DNA of 18,709 nucleotides from Gemmatimonadota bacterium (GCA_003221005.1 QHTZ01000020.1:1-18709), one strand, 5' to 3'; shown: positions 1 through 9,621, numbered from the stretch's first letter. Numbers and translations are program-made. The notes: generated by a model not told the origin, from the sequence alone.

Positions 1-26
1 GGTCGCATCGTATAGGGGCATCAACA

Positions 27-58
27 CTTCGGGCCACTCATCCTCGAGTGGCCCGAAG
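27..58 (-). terminator. Perfect 13-bp stem-loop, probable intrinsic terminator of the 89..745 gene
   Basis: CTTCGGGCCACTC (27-39) and GAGTGGCCCGAAG (46-58) are exact reverse complements around a 6-nt loop, 30 nt past the stop of the - strand gene. The following U-tract on the - strand is weak (TGTTGA). Confidence 0.6.
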
Positions 59-88
59 CCCGTCGCCCTCACGGGTTGTCCCGGAAGG

Positions 89-745
89 CTACGAGGGGTT
101 GGGGTAGAACCGAACCTGCAACAACCGCAACCCGTTGTTGTCGTACTGCCAGAAGAAACCCTCGAGGCACGCGTCGAATAGACTGACCGTCGTGCCGCCA
201 CACGCGGTCACCGCCGCGGCATCCGCGACCGGATCGAGCGTGATTGTCGTGAGCGCCGTCGTCACATTGCGGAAGCTACTCTTTCCAGTTCCGCGCACGA
301 AGACCTCGTTCTGGGTCGAGCAGATCGCTGCGCCGTCGAAGCCCGTGAGCGTGATATCGGTCGCGCAGGTGGTGATCTTGGCCTTTCCACCCGGGGTGCC
401 GAGGGCGCGCGCCCAAACGGTGTAGCCGCCAGGAGCGGGGAGGGCGAACGAGGCTTCGCCGTCGGTCCCATTCTTATCGAGGACGGAGAAGGTACCCGCG
501 GCGCTCTGACTGAGGAGGATTTTGGTCGTGACGGCGACATTCTTCGTGCCGAGGCCCACGAAGATGACGTTGCCACTCCCCCCATCCATGTTGGGATTCT
601 TGTCGTGCGAGACACCGATGATGTTGAGATTGTAATGCGAGCCACTGGGCGCGCCGTTGCCCGTCGTAGCCGTCTGCGCGGCGGCAACGGCCGTCGCAGT
701 CGTCGCAGCCGCCACGGCGGCTGCCAAGCAGCGTAACCTGCTCAT
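89..745 (-). CDS. Exported hypothetical protein, 218 aa
   Basis: Internal ATG at 745 of the 89..940 ORF has a strong SD (GGAGGA, 751-756). The N-terminus MSRLRCLAAAVAAATTATAVAAA-Q looks like a signal peptide. The mature part is Thr/Gly-rich and beta-like with 4 Cys. A hairpin follows the stop. Confidence 0.8.
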   Translation of the reverse strand: MSRLRCLAAAVAAATTATAVAAAQTATTGNGAPSGSHYNLNIIGVSHDKNPNMDGGSGNVIFVGLGTKNVAVTTKILLSQSAAGTFSVLDKNGTDGEASFALPAPGGYTVWARALGTPGGKAKITTCATDITLTGFDGAAICSTQNEVFVRGTGKSSFRNVTTALTTITLDPVADAAAVTACGGTTVSLFDACLEGFFWQYDNNGLRLLQVRFYPNPS

Positions 746-950
746 GAAATTCCTCCGAGTCGTACAACTGCGGTGAAGAGCCAAGCGTCGGGGGGGGCGC
801 AGCGGGGCTGAGGTGAAGCCGGGCGGCCTCGCGTTCACCGACAACATGTCCGGATGGTCGCGATCCGTGGAGTGAGGGGAGTCACCAGAGGACCGGGCGG
901 GTGTTGGCCCAAACCGCTGGTCAACAGGCCCCCACAGCATCCCCAGGCGC

Positions 951-956
951 TAGATT
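951..956 (+). promoter_or_regulatory. Putative -10 element TAGATT, 9 nt upstream of the ATG at 966
   Basis: TANNNT hexamer in GC-rich context with no SD before the ATG. The same hexamer precedes tig and the 17570 gene. Confidence 0.45.
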
Positions 957-965
957 GCGAGCGCG

Positions 966-1487
966 ATGACCGCTCCCTGGTCAGTTCTGCTGAACGTCGC
1001 TCTCCGCACGACGATCGTCTACGTCGCCCTGCTCGCCGGGCTGCGCCTCAGCGGCACGCGTTCGCTCGGCCAGATGTCCACGTTCGACCTCGTGATGCTT
1101 CTCATCATCGCCAACGCCGTCCAGAACGCCATGGTCGGCCCCGACACGAGCCTCGCCGGCGGGCTCGTCGCCGCGGGGGTGCTGATCGGCTGGCACGCGG
1201 TCTTCGACTGGTGGCGCCAGAAGAACCCCCGCGTCGCGAAGCTGATCTCCGGCGAAGGCATCATGCTCATCCACCACGGCAAGATCCTCGAGGGGCATTG
1301 CCGCCGCGCCGGGATCACGCGCGACGAGCTGCAGCAGGCGCTGCGCGAGCACGGCGTTGCCAGCATCTCCGACGTGATGCTCGCCGTGCTCGAGCCCGAC
1401 GGGGCGGTCAGTGTGATCCGCAACGACGAGATCACGCCGGGCGCGCGGCCGCACCACCGCATACGCGCAATTCGTAGGATTCAGTGA
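966..1487 (+). CDS. DUF421/YetF-family membrane protein
   Basis: Three N-terminal hydrophobic segments, the motif GTRSLGQMSTFDLVMLLIIANAVQNAM, and the C-terminal ELQQALREHGV...AVLEPDGAVSVI typical of YetF_C/DUF421. Confidence 0.88.
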   Translation: MTAPWSVLLNVALRTTIVYVALLAGLRLSGTRSLGQMSTFDLVMLLIIANAVQNAMVGPDTSLAGGLVAAGVLIGWHAVFDWWRQKNPRVAKLISGEGIMLIHHGKILEGHCRRAGITRDELQQALREHGVASISDVMLAVLEPDGAVSVIRNDEITPGARPHHRIRAIRRIQ

Positions 1488-1528
1488 ACAGGAGTCAGGA
1501 TGTAGGCCTTCCGACCTCCTGCTCACTG
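1482..1528. repeat. Imperfect inverted repeat overlapping the DUF421 stop; possible terminator or degenerate palindromic element
   Basis: CAGTGAACAGGAG (1482-1494) pairs with CTCCTGCTCACTG (1516-1528) with one mismatch. The stem can be extended inward imperfectly. Confidence 0.5.
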
Positions 1529-1595
1529 GCGCCCGCTACCGTCTATCCGTCTAGTCTTTGCCTGTTCTGATTCCTGATACCTCTCATCTGTACCC

Positions 1596-1604
1596 TGTTA
1601 GATT
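1596..1604 (+). promoter_or_regulatory. Putative extended -10 promoter (TGtTAGATT) for tig, probably leaderless
   Basis: TG-N-TAGATT ends 7 nt before the ATG at 1612, and there is no SD. Confidence 0.55.
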
Positions 1605-1611
1605 TCACCCG

Positions 1612-2865
1612 ATGGCGGATATCCAGATCAAGAAGACCGCGGAAGAGCCTGGCGCCGCGTCGCTCGCGGTCACGGTCCCTGCCGAGCACGTGCGGGAAAC
1701 CGAGGAGCGCGCCGCGACCGCATACCAGCGCCGGGTGCGACTTCCGGGCTTCCGGAAAGGCAAGGCGCCCGCGGCGATCGTGAAGAAGCAGTTTGCCGAG
1801 GACATCCGGCAGCAGGTGCTCGAGGAGCTGATCCGCGAGAGCTGGACCGCCGCGCTGAAACAAGAGGCGCTCAAGCCGATCGCCGACCCGCACATCCACA
1901 ACCTCAAGTGGGACGCGGGGGAGGGCGCCCCCGTCACGTTCGAATTCCACGTCGAGGTGAAGCCCGACCTCAAGCTCGAGCGGCTCGGCGGGTTCCGGCT
2001 GCAGCGCACCGTCCAGCCGGTCACCGACGAGCAAGTGACCGCGCAGCTCAACGAGCTACGGGAGCAGCGCGCGCCCTGGCTGCCGGTCGAGGGGGAGTCC
2101 CCCAAACCGAAGGACCTGGTGAGCGTGACGATCGCCACCCGTACGGGGGGCGACGTGAAGGACCCCCAGACCTATCAGCTGGTGCTGGGGGAAGGTCGGG
2201 CAATCCCTGAGGTCGAAGAGCGCATCATGGGTCTCACCCCGGGTCAGACGGTGGACGCCACGGTCCACTTCCCGCCCGACTTCGCCGAGGAGGCCAAGCG
2301 GGGCCAGGCTCGCGACATCCGTATCACGCTGCACGAGGTCAAGCGGCAACAGCTTGCCGAGCTCGACGACGCCTTCGCGCGCGAGATGGGAGACTTCGAG
2401 TCGCTCGACGCCCTGCGGCGCGCTGTGCGGACGGACCTCGAAAAGGATGCCGAGCGGGAGGCCGACGCCCGCGTGCGCGGCGAGCTGCTCGAGCAGATCG
2501 TCGCGGCCAATCACCTCACGGCGCCCCGGCCCCTAGTCGAGCGCGCGCTCTACGTGTACGCTCAGGCGTACGGGATTCCCGAGGACCGCCTCCCGCAGTT
2601 CGCCACGGAGTTCCGGCCGGTGGCCGAGGCGCAGGTACGGCGCGATCTGATCCTCGACTACGTGGTGGAGCGGCAGCAGCTGCGGGCGACCGAGGCGGAG
2701 CTCGGCCAGCGCCTCGAGGAGCTCGCCCAGCGCCGCAACATGGCGGCCGGCGAGCTGCGGGCGTCGCTCGAGAAAGCGAAGCGGCTCCGCGACGTCGAGC
2801 GGAGCATCACCGAGGAGAAGGTGTTCGCCTATCTCCTCTCGCAATCCACAGTGGAGCAGCCGTGA
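1612..2865 (+). CDS. tig: Trigger factor
   Basis: Ribosome-binding signature [10 protein letters not shown], central FKBP-like segment and C-terminal chaperone domain, directly upstream of clpP-clpX. Start set at ATG 1612 (MADIQIKK) rather than 1558. Confidence 0.95.
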   Translation: MADIQIKKTAEEPGAASLAVTVPAEHVRETEERAATAYQRRVRLPGFRKGKAPAAIVKKQFAEDIRQQVLEELIRESWTAALKQEALKPIADPHIHNLKWDAGEGAPVTFEFHVEVKPDLKLERLGGFRLQRTVQPVTDEQVTAQLNELREQRAPWLPVEGESPKPKDLVSVTIATRTGGDVKDPQTYQLVLGEGRAIPEVEERIMGLTPGQTVDATVHFPPDFAEEAKRGQARDIRITLHEVKRQQLAELDDAFAREMGDFESLDALRRAVRTDLEKDAEREADARVRGELLEQIVAANHLTAPRPLVERALYVYAQAYGIPEDRLPQFATEFRPVAEAQVRRDLILDYVVERQQLRATEAELGQRLEELAQRRNMAAGELRASLEKAKRLRDVERSITEEKVFAYLLSQSTVEQP

Positions 2866-3482
2866 TAACGAACCAGATCTACCCTCCGTACATCATCGAG
2901 CGTTCGAGCCGCGGCGAGCGGACGTACGACATCTTCAGCCGCCTGCTCATGGACCGCATCGTCTTCCTGGGCACGATGATCAACGACGAGGTCGCGAACA
3001 TCATCATCGCCCAGCTCCTGTTCCTCGACGCCGACAACCCGGAGCGGGATATCTACCTCTACGTCAACTCGCCGGGCGGGATCGTGTCATCGGGTATGGC
3101 GATTTACGACACGTTGCAGTTCCTGCGCGCCCCCGTGAACACGATCTGCATGGGAATGGCGGCATCGATGGGCTCCTTCCTGCTCGCCGCAGGCCGCAAA
3201 GGCAAGCGCTCCGCCCTGCCCCACGCGCGTATCATGATGCACCAGCCATCGGGCGGCACGCAGGGCACGGCGTCCGACATCGAGATCCAGGCGCGCGAGA
3301 TCCTTTATCTGCGGGGCAAGCTCAACGAGCTGTACGCCAAGCACACCGGCAAGGCAGTCGAGCAGATCGAAAAGGACATGGACCGGGACCGCTTCATGTC
3401 GGCGGAAGAGGCCAAGGAATACGGCCTTATTGACCACGTCATCGCGAATTACCAGGAGATTGACGACGGGAAAAAGAAGTGA
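2862..3482 (+). CDS. clpP: ATP-dependent Clp protease proteolytic subunit
   Basis: [23 protein letters not shown], catalytic Ser (AASMG), His (MMHQP) and Asp (DRDRFM). The GTG start overlaps the tig stop (GTGA). Confidence 0.98.
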   Translation: MITNQIYPPYIIERSSRGERTYDIFSRLLMDRIVFLGTMINDEVANIIIAQLLFLDADNPERDIYLYVNSPGGIVSSGMAIYDTLQFLRAPVNTICMGMAASMGSFLLAAGRKGKRSALPHARIMMHQPSGGTQGTASDIEIQAREILYLRGKLNELYAKHTGKAVEQIEKDMDRDRFMSAEEAKEYGLIDHVIANYQEIDDGKKK

Positions 3483-3523
3483 CCGCTTGCGCCCTGAGCG
3501 GCCCCGTCCCATACTAGGGCCCA

Positions 3524-4770
<1,247 letters not shown>

Positions 4771-4774
<4 letters not shown>

Positions 4775-5424
4775 GCGGCTCCTCCCCGAGCCCCCGCTTC
4801 GTCGGCTCCTTTCCCCGCGCCGACGTCGCCCTCGCCGCACCGCTCCCCGAAATCGCCTTCCTCGGTCGCTCCAACGTCGGCAAGTCGAGCCTGCTCAACG
4901 CCGTGGCCGGGCAGCGAATCGCACGCACCTCCAGGACGCCCGGAAAGACCAGAGCGCTGAATGTGTTCGAAGTGCATCTGGGGACGGGGGACGAGGGACG
5001 AGGGACGAGTGAGCCCGCGCCCCACCCGTCCCCCGTCCCCCGTCCCTCGTCCCTCTATCTGATCGATCTCCCCGGCTACGGCTACGCGCGAGCGAGCCAC
5101 GCCGAGCGACAGGCGTTTCGCGGCCTTCTCGTGCACGTGCTCGAGCGGCCGCGGCTCGCGGGGGTCGTGTGGCTGCTCGACATCCGCCGCGACCTTTCGT
5201 CCGAGGACCTGGCGATGCAAGACACATTCGCGGCGGCGGGGACGCCGGTGCTCGCCGCGATCACGAAGGGTGACAAGTTGCGCCGTGGCCAGCGGCTCGT
5301 GCGTGCGGCCGCGTTGCGCGAAACGCTAGGGGTCGACACCGACCAGCTCATCCTGACGAGCGCCACGACAGGCGAGGGCATAGCGGAGCTGCGCGCGGCC
5401 GTCGCGGGCATAATAGGCGCGTGA
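4771..5424 (+). CDS. engB: Ribosome biogenesis GTPase EngB/YihA/YsxC (start uncertain: CTG 4771 or ATG 4708)
   Basis: G1 [10 protein letters not shown]2 SRTPGKT, G3 DLPGYG, G4 TKGD and G5 TSA. It lies immediately after clpX, a common arrangement. It carries a ~24-aa repeat-derived insertion before G3. Confidence 0.92.
4981..5053. repeat. Palindromic tandem-heptamer element (GGGACGR)x4 - 17 nt - (YCGTCCC)x4 inside engB
   Basis: Units gggacgg/gggacga/gggacga/gggacga at 4981-5008 and ccgtccc/ccgtccc/ccgtccc/tcgtccc at 5026-5053. Confidence 0.9.
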
Positions 5425-6566
5425 GAGTCACCCGCCCGCTCCGGGTGGCCTTCGTGAGCCATCACCCGCACGTGCGCATGGGCGGTCAGCGCAGCATGGC
5501 GCTGCTCATCGAGCACCTCGACCGCCTGGTCGTTGAGCCCCTCGCCATTTGTCCCGGCCCCGGGGAGCTCACGGACCATCTGCGTGCCCTCGACTGCCCC
5601 GTGGTCCATATCCCCCTCCACCCGATCAAGCCGCGCACCCTGCGCCAGGTGTGGGCCTCGAGCCGGCGCATTCGCGCGCTGCTTCAGGAGCGCGCGATCG
5701 ACATCGTCGCGCCCGACGCGCCGCGCGACGCCCTCACCTGCGGCCTCGCCAAGCTCGGCACCACCACTAAGCTTGTGTGGTTCGTTCGGCTCACGGCGCC
5801 GGACCGCCTCGACCCCGTCCTCGCGCGCCTCGCGGACGGTGTCATCGGCGTTTCCGAGGCTGCCCGGCGACGCTTCTCCGGCTCGGCGCGCATGGCCGCG
5901 CGCTCTCGGACGATCGCCGATGGGGCGGACCTGCGGCTGTTCCGGCCGCCCGAGGACCGCGCCGGGCTGCGGCGCGCCCTAGGACTGCCGGAGGACCGCT
6001 TCCTGCTGCTGTTCGTGGGACAGATCACTCGTCCGAAGGGCATCCTCGACATCGTGGATGCGATGGGCCTGCTGCAGGAGGCACCGCCGCCCGGCCCCCG
6101 GCCGGCGCTCATCATCATCGGCACTCCCCATCCCCCTACAATCCTCGACGAAATCGCCGCGCGGGCACGCGAGCGCGGCGCCGCGGGCGACGTGCAGGTC
6201 CTGACGCAGCGCGAGGACGTCTACCGCTGGATGCAGTGCGCGGACGCGCTCGTGAGCGGATCCCACCAGGACACCGAGGGCCTGTCGCGGGTGTTATTCG
6301 AGGCGATGGCGTGCGGCACCGTCCCGATCGCCACCGATATCCGCGGCAACCGCGAGGCCCTCACGCCAGACACCGGCCTGCTGGTGCCGGAGCAGTCACC
6401 CGCGGACCTCGCCCATGCCGTGAGGTTCTTGATCGAGCACCCGGACCGGCGGGCCGTACTGAGCGCGGGGGGCGTCCGCCGGGCGCGGGAGAAGTTTGAC
6501 ATCAATCTCCACGCGCGGGCCGTGGAGACTTTTTGCGTGGAATTGGTGGCGTCCTTGCGGCAGTGA
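5421..6566 (+). CDS. GT-B fold glycosyltransferase family 4
   Basis: N-terminal GGQRS, FVGQITRPKG and the E-X7-E motif EGLSRVLFEAMACGTVPIATD. The GTG start overlaps the engB stop (GTGA). Confidence 0.9.
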   Translation: MRVTRPLRVAFVSHHPHVRMGGQRSMALLIEHLDRLVVEPLAICPGPGELTDHLRALDCPVVHIPLHPIKPRTLRQVWASSRRIRALLQERAIDIVAPDAPRDALTCGLAKLGTTTKLVWFVRLTAPDRLDPVLARLADGVIGVSEAARRRFSGSARMAARSRTIADGADLRLFRPPEDRAGLRRALGLPEDRFLLLFVGQITRPKGILDIVDAMGLLQEAPPPGPRPALIIIGTPHPPTILDEIAARARERGAAGDVQVLTQREDVYRWMQCADALVSGSHQDTEGLSRVLFEAMACGTVPIATDIRGNREALTPDTGLLVPEQSPADLAHAVRFLIEHPDRRAVLSAGGVRRAREKFDINLHARAVETFCVELVASLRQ

Positions 6567-6575
6567 GGGCGACCC

Positions 6576-7205
6576 ATGACCTTGTACGCGATGAGAGGGG
6601 CGGCTAGGCGGTTAGGCGGTCAGTCGGTCTGGATGCTGCTGGTGATTCTGACCGCCAGACCGCCTGTCCGCCTGACCGCCCAAGATTCGCTCCCCGCCGG
6701 CTACGGCACCCTGCGGCGCGACGACATCGCGGTGCGCCTCACCACGGACCAGCTCGACATCCAGGTGCTTCCGCTCGACGAGCAGGTCATCCGGCTGCTC
6801 GCCCCGGACACCTACCGTTCGCTCAAGGACCTCAGCCGCACCCGACAGCCCGCGATCGACTCGCTCGCCGGGCAGGCGGGGGTCGCGCACCCCACGCTCG
6901 TGTTCGTCATGTTCTTCGGCCTCGTGCCGCAGGCGCGCTTCAGCCCCGAGGACTTGAACATCACGAGTCGCGGCCGCCTGTTCCGCCCCGTCGGCATGGT
7001 GCCCCTGTCACCGCGCTGGAACTCCTATCAGCTCGACGCGCGTGAGCAGGCGGTGGCGATTTACCTGTTCGACGAGGGCATCAGCTTCCGCGAGGACGTG
7101 ACGGTCAGCTATCAGAGCCTCGCCAACGGCGCCTGGTCGCGCTCGCTGCGCGCCCTCGATCGGGAGCGGGCCCGCGTGCTGGCGCGGGTGCGGGCGGGGC
7201 GATGA
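6576..7205 (+). CDS. Exported hypothetical protein (start could be 6576, 6591 or 6633)
   Basis: Fills the gap between the GT4 gene and the kinase, with an ATGA overlap with the kinase. It has GC3-rich codon usage and a signal-like N-terminus ending LTA-QDS. Confidence 0.75.
   Translation: MTLYAMRGAARRLGGQSVWMLLVILTARPPVRLTAQDSLPAGYGTLRRDDIAVRLTTDQLDIQVLPLDEQVIRLLAPDTYRSLKDLSRTRQPAIDSLAGQAGVAHPTLVFVMFFGLVPQARFSPEDLNITSRGRLFRPVGMVPLSPRWNSYQLDAREQAVAIYLFDEGISFREDVTVSYQSLANGAWSRSLRALDRERARVLARVRAGR
6599..6680. repeat. Palindromic tandem-octamer element (~GGCGGTYA)x4 - 18 nt - (~TGACCGCC)x4 encoding the signal-peptide region
   Basis: ggcggcta/ggcggtta/ggcggtca/gtcggtct at 6599-6630 and tgaccgcc/agaccgcc/tgtccgcc/tgaccgcc at 6649-6680. 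Confidence 0.85.
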
Positions 7206-9310
7206 CCTCCTTCGTGCTCGGCGCCGTGGCGGCGCTGGCCCTGGGCGGGCTCGGCTGGAGCGCCGTGACCCTGCGGCGCCGGCTGGTGCACAGCGAGCGC
7301 GAGCGGCGGCGCGTGGCCGACGAGCTCAACCGCCGGCTGTCGGAGCTGTTCTCCCTGCAGGAGCTGTCGTACGTCCTGTCGGAATCGCTGGAGCTCGAGC
7401 GCATCGTCGAGCAGGTCGTGCGCTACGCGATGCGGTTTCTCGACGCCCGCGGGGCCCTGGTCGCGCTCGCGAGCGACGGTCACGGCGACGCGCGCGGCCT
7501 GTTGATCGCCGGCGCCGCGGGAACCCTGGCCGGCCTGCAAGGGCAAACTGTCCCCGCGGAAGACCCCGGTGTTGTGGCGCGCTCGCTCGGGCGCGAGCGG
7601 CTGGAGCTGGTGCAGAGCGCGGACGGCGCCCCGACGCGCCTGCTCGGCGCGGTTGAGGCCGCGTCGGCCGCAGCCGTGCCGCTACGGGCCCACGGCGTCG
7701 TGGTGGGCACGCTGGTCGTGGCCGAACCACGGGCCGGCGTGTTTCCCGCGGAAGACGTCCGGCTGCTCTCGACGGTCGCTACGCACGCCGCCATCGTGCT
7801 CGCGAACGCGCGCTTCTTCAACCAGGTGCGGCGCGCCAAAGAGCAGTGGGAGACAGCGTTCGACGCGCTGAGCGAAGGGATCGCGGTGGTGGACGACGAG
7901 GGACGGATGCGCCGCGCCAACCGCGCGCTGGCGCTGCTGCTCGGCGCGCCGGTCGCGGAGGTCGTGGGCCAGGACCTGGGCGCCGCACTGCTCGGCGACT
8001 CGCCCGCGCTGGGCGAGCTGCTGGCGGCAGCCCGGCGGGGCCAGCGCCCCGTACCCCTCGTCGTGCGGTCGGAGCGCCTGCGGCGCGTGGTGCGGGTCAC
8101 CGGTGCCCGCATCCCCAGCGCGGCGGCCGAGCACGGCGTCGTCGTCCTCATCGAGGACGTCACAGATCAGCAGGCGATGGAGACCCAGCTGATCCAGAGC
8201 GAGAAGCTCGCGGCAGTGGGGCAGCTGGTGTCGGGCGTGGCCCACGAGCTGAACAACCCGCTCACCTCCATCGCGGGGCTGTCGGAGGTCCTGCTCGAAC
8301 AGAAGGAGCTGGGCACGAAGGACCGCGGGCACCTCCGGGTGATTCACGAGCAGGCGGAGCGCGCCGGCCGCATCGTCCGAAACCTCCTCACGTTCGCGCG
8401 CCAGGGCCCGGCCGAACGGGCGCGCGTGGACCTGAACGACGTGATCCAGCGCACCGTCCTCCTGATGAGGTACGACCTGACGCTCCGGGACATCGCGATC
8501 GAGAAGAGCCTCGGGCAAGAGATCCCCGCGGTGCTGGGGGACCGCCATGCCTTACAGCAAGTGATGCTGAATCTGCTGACGAACGCCGCGCACGCCGTGA
8601 GCCAGAACCCGCCGGAGCGGCCGCGAGTGATCCGGGTCGCCACATCGTTCGACGACCGCGTGCGGGTGCGCGTCGCCGACTCGGGCCCGGGCATCGCCGA
8701 CGACGTCGTGCCCCATTTGTTCACGCCGTTCTTCACGACCAAGGAGCCCGGGCACGGGACGGGCCTCGGTCTCTCGATCTCCTACTCGATCATCGAGTCA
8801 CACGGCGGACACATCACAGTCGAGCGCCCGTCCGAAGGCGGGGCGCTGTTCGTCATCGATCTACCGGCGGCGTCGGCCGGGGCGGGCGCGGGCGAGCTGA
8901 TCACCAGCACTCCCGTCCCCCTCCCTCCGCCCATCAAGCGCTCGATCCTCCTGGTGGACGACGATCCGGGGGTGCGTCGCATGGTGAAGGCGCTGTTCGG
9001 ACGGGAGGGCCACTCCGTGGACGTGGCTCGCAATCCCCAACAGGCGATCGACATGGCCCGGGCCCGAGGCTACGATCTGATTCTCGCCGACATCCAGGCG
9101 AGCGCGCGCGGCAAGCTGTTCGTGGAAGCGCTGGTAGAGGCGCAGCCGGCCCTCAGGGACCGGACGCTCGTGGCGACCGGCGATGTCCGGCCCGCGACCG
9201 AGGAAACGCTCGCGCGACTCGGGCTGCGCTACGTACGCAAGCCCTTCAACCTCCGCGATCTCCTGGATGAAGCAGCGCGCGTGTGGGCGGGCGCGGCGAC
9301 GCTGTCGTAA
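7202..9310 (+). CDS. Hybrid sensor histidine kinase (TM - coiled coil - GAF - PAS - HisKA - HATPase - REC)
   Basis: H box GVAHELNNPL, N box NLLTNA, G1 DSGPGI, F box FTPFFTTK, G2 GTGLGL, and C-terminal receiver ILLVDDD...LILAD...ATG...KPF. One N-terminal hydrophobic helix. Confidence 0.92.
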   Translation: MTSFVLGAVAALALGGLGWSAVTLRRRLVHSERERRRVADELNRRLSELFSLQELSYVLSESLELERIVEQVVRYAMRFLDARGALVALASDGHGDARGLLIAGAAGTLAGLQGQTVPAEDPGVVARSLGRERLELVQSADGAPTRLLGAVEAASAAAVPLRAHGVVVGTLVVAEPRAGVFPAEDVRLLSTVATHAAIVLANARFFNQVRRAKEQWETAFDALSEGIAVVDDEGRMRRANRALALLLGAPVAEVVGQDLGAALLGDSPALGELLAAARRGQRPVPLVVRSERLRRVVRVTGARIPSAAAEHGVVVLIEDVTDQQAMETQLIQSEKLAAVGQLVSGVAHELNNPLTSIAGLSEVLLEQKELGTKDRGHLRVIHEQAERAGRIVRNLLTFARQGPAERARVDLNDVIQRTVLLMRYDLTLRDIAIEKSLGQEIPAVLGDRHALQQVMLNLLTNAAHAVSQNPPERPRVIRVATSFDDRVRVRVADSGPGIADDVVPHLFTPFFTTKEPGHGTGLGLSISYSIIESHGGHITVERPSEGGALFVIDLPAASAGAGAGELITSTPVPLPPPIKRSILLVDDDPGVRRMVKALFGREGHSVDVARNPQQAIDMARARGYDLILADIQASARGKLFVEALVEAQPALRDRTLVATGDVRPATEETLARLGLRYVRKPFNLRDLLDEAARVWAGAATLS

Positions 9311-9621
9311 GCCTCCGTCGGCCATCCGTACGTGCCGAGATTGACGGCCCCGCCGGGCGCGAACCGCACCCCCTCCCGCAGCAGGAGCGCACGCTGCACG
9401 ACGGCCGCGTGGTCGTGCGGAGAGAGCGAGATGCGGCCCGCCGCGTTCACGACGCGCCACCACGGCACGTCGCCCTCGTCGGGGAGGGCAGACAGGGCCC
9501 AGCCGACGGTGCGCGCGGCTCCCGGCCGCCCCGCCAGGCGGGCGACCACGCCGTAGGTCGCGACCCGCCCCTTCGGGATGTGGCGCACCACGCGGTAGAT
9601 CCGGCGATAGAAGGGGTTCAC
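9229..9621 (-). CDS. Alkyltransferase-like protein (Atl/YbaZ, MGMT family)
   Basis: [25 protein letters not shown] (Trp in place of the catalytic Cys of PCHRV) and [10 protein letters not shown]. The GTG start overlaps the hisF stop. Confidence 0.88.
   Translation of the reverse strand: MNPFYRRIYRVVRHIPKGRVATYGVVARLAGRPGAARTVGWALSALPDEGDVPWWRVVNAAGRISLSPHDHAAVVQRALLLREGVRFAPGGAVNLGTYGWPTEAYDSVAAPAHTRAASSRRSRRLKGLRT

Noticed and set aside
1-26. Possible start of a - strand gene at CAT 6-8
   Set aside because: Only 8 nt would lie in the window, so it cannot be supported.
746-940. 65-aa N-terminal extension of the first ORF, and a possible riboswitch in this region
   Set aside because: The SD and signal peptide point to ATG 745. 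Only short hairpins are present (ggtgaa/ttcacc, cggat/atccg), with no riboswitch consensus I can recognise. An Rfam/Infernal scan would settle it.
4981-6680. Repeats considered as a CRISPR array or IS ends
   Set aside because: The units are 7-8 nt in tandem without unique spacers, and there is no cas or transposase gene in the window.
7846-9270. 474-aa alternative-frame ORF in the kinase, and similar Arg/Pro-rich ORFs such as 3622..4662 and 5777..6499
   Set aside because: These are off-frame products of GC-rich genes with low-complexity R/G/P composition and no motifs.
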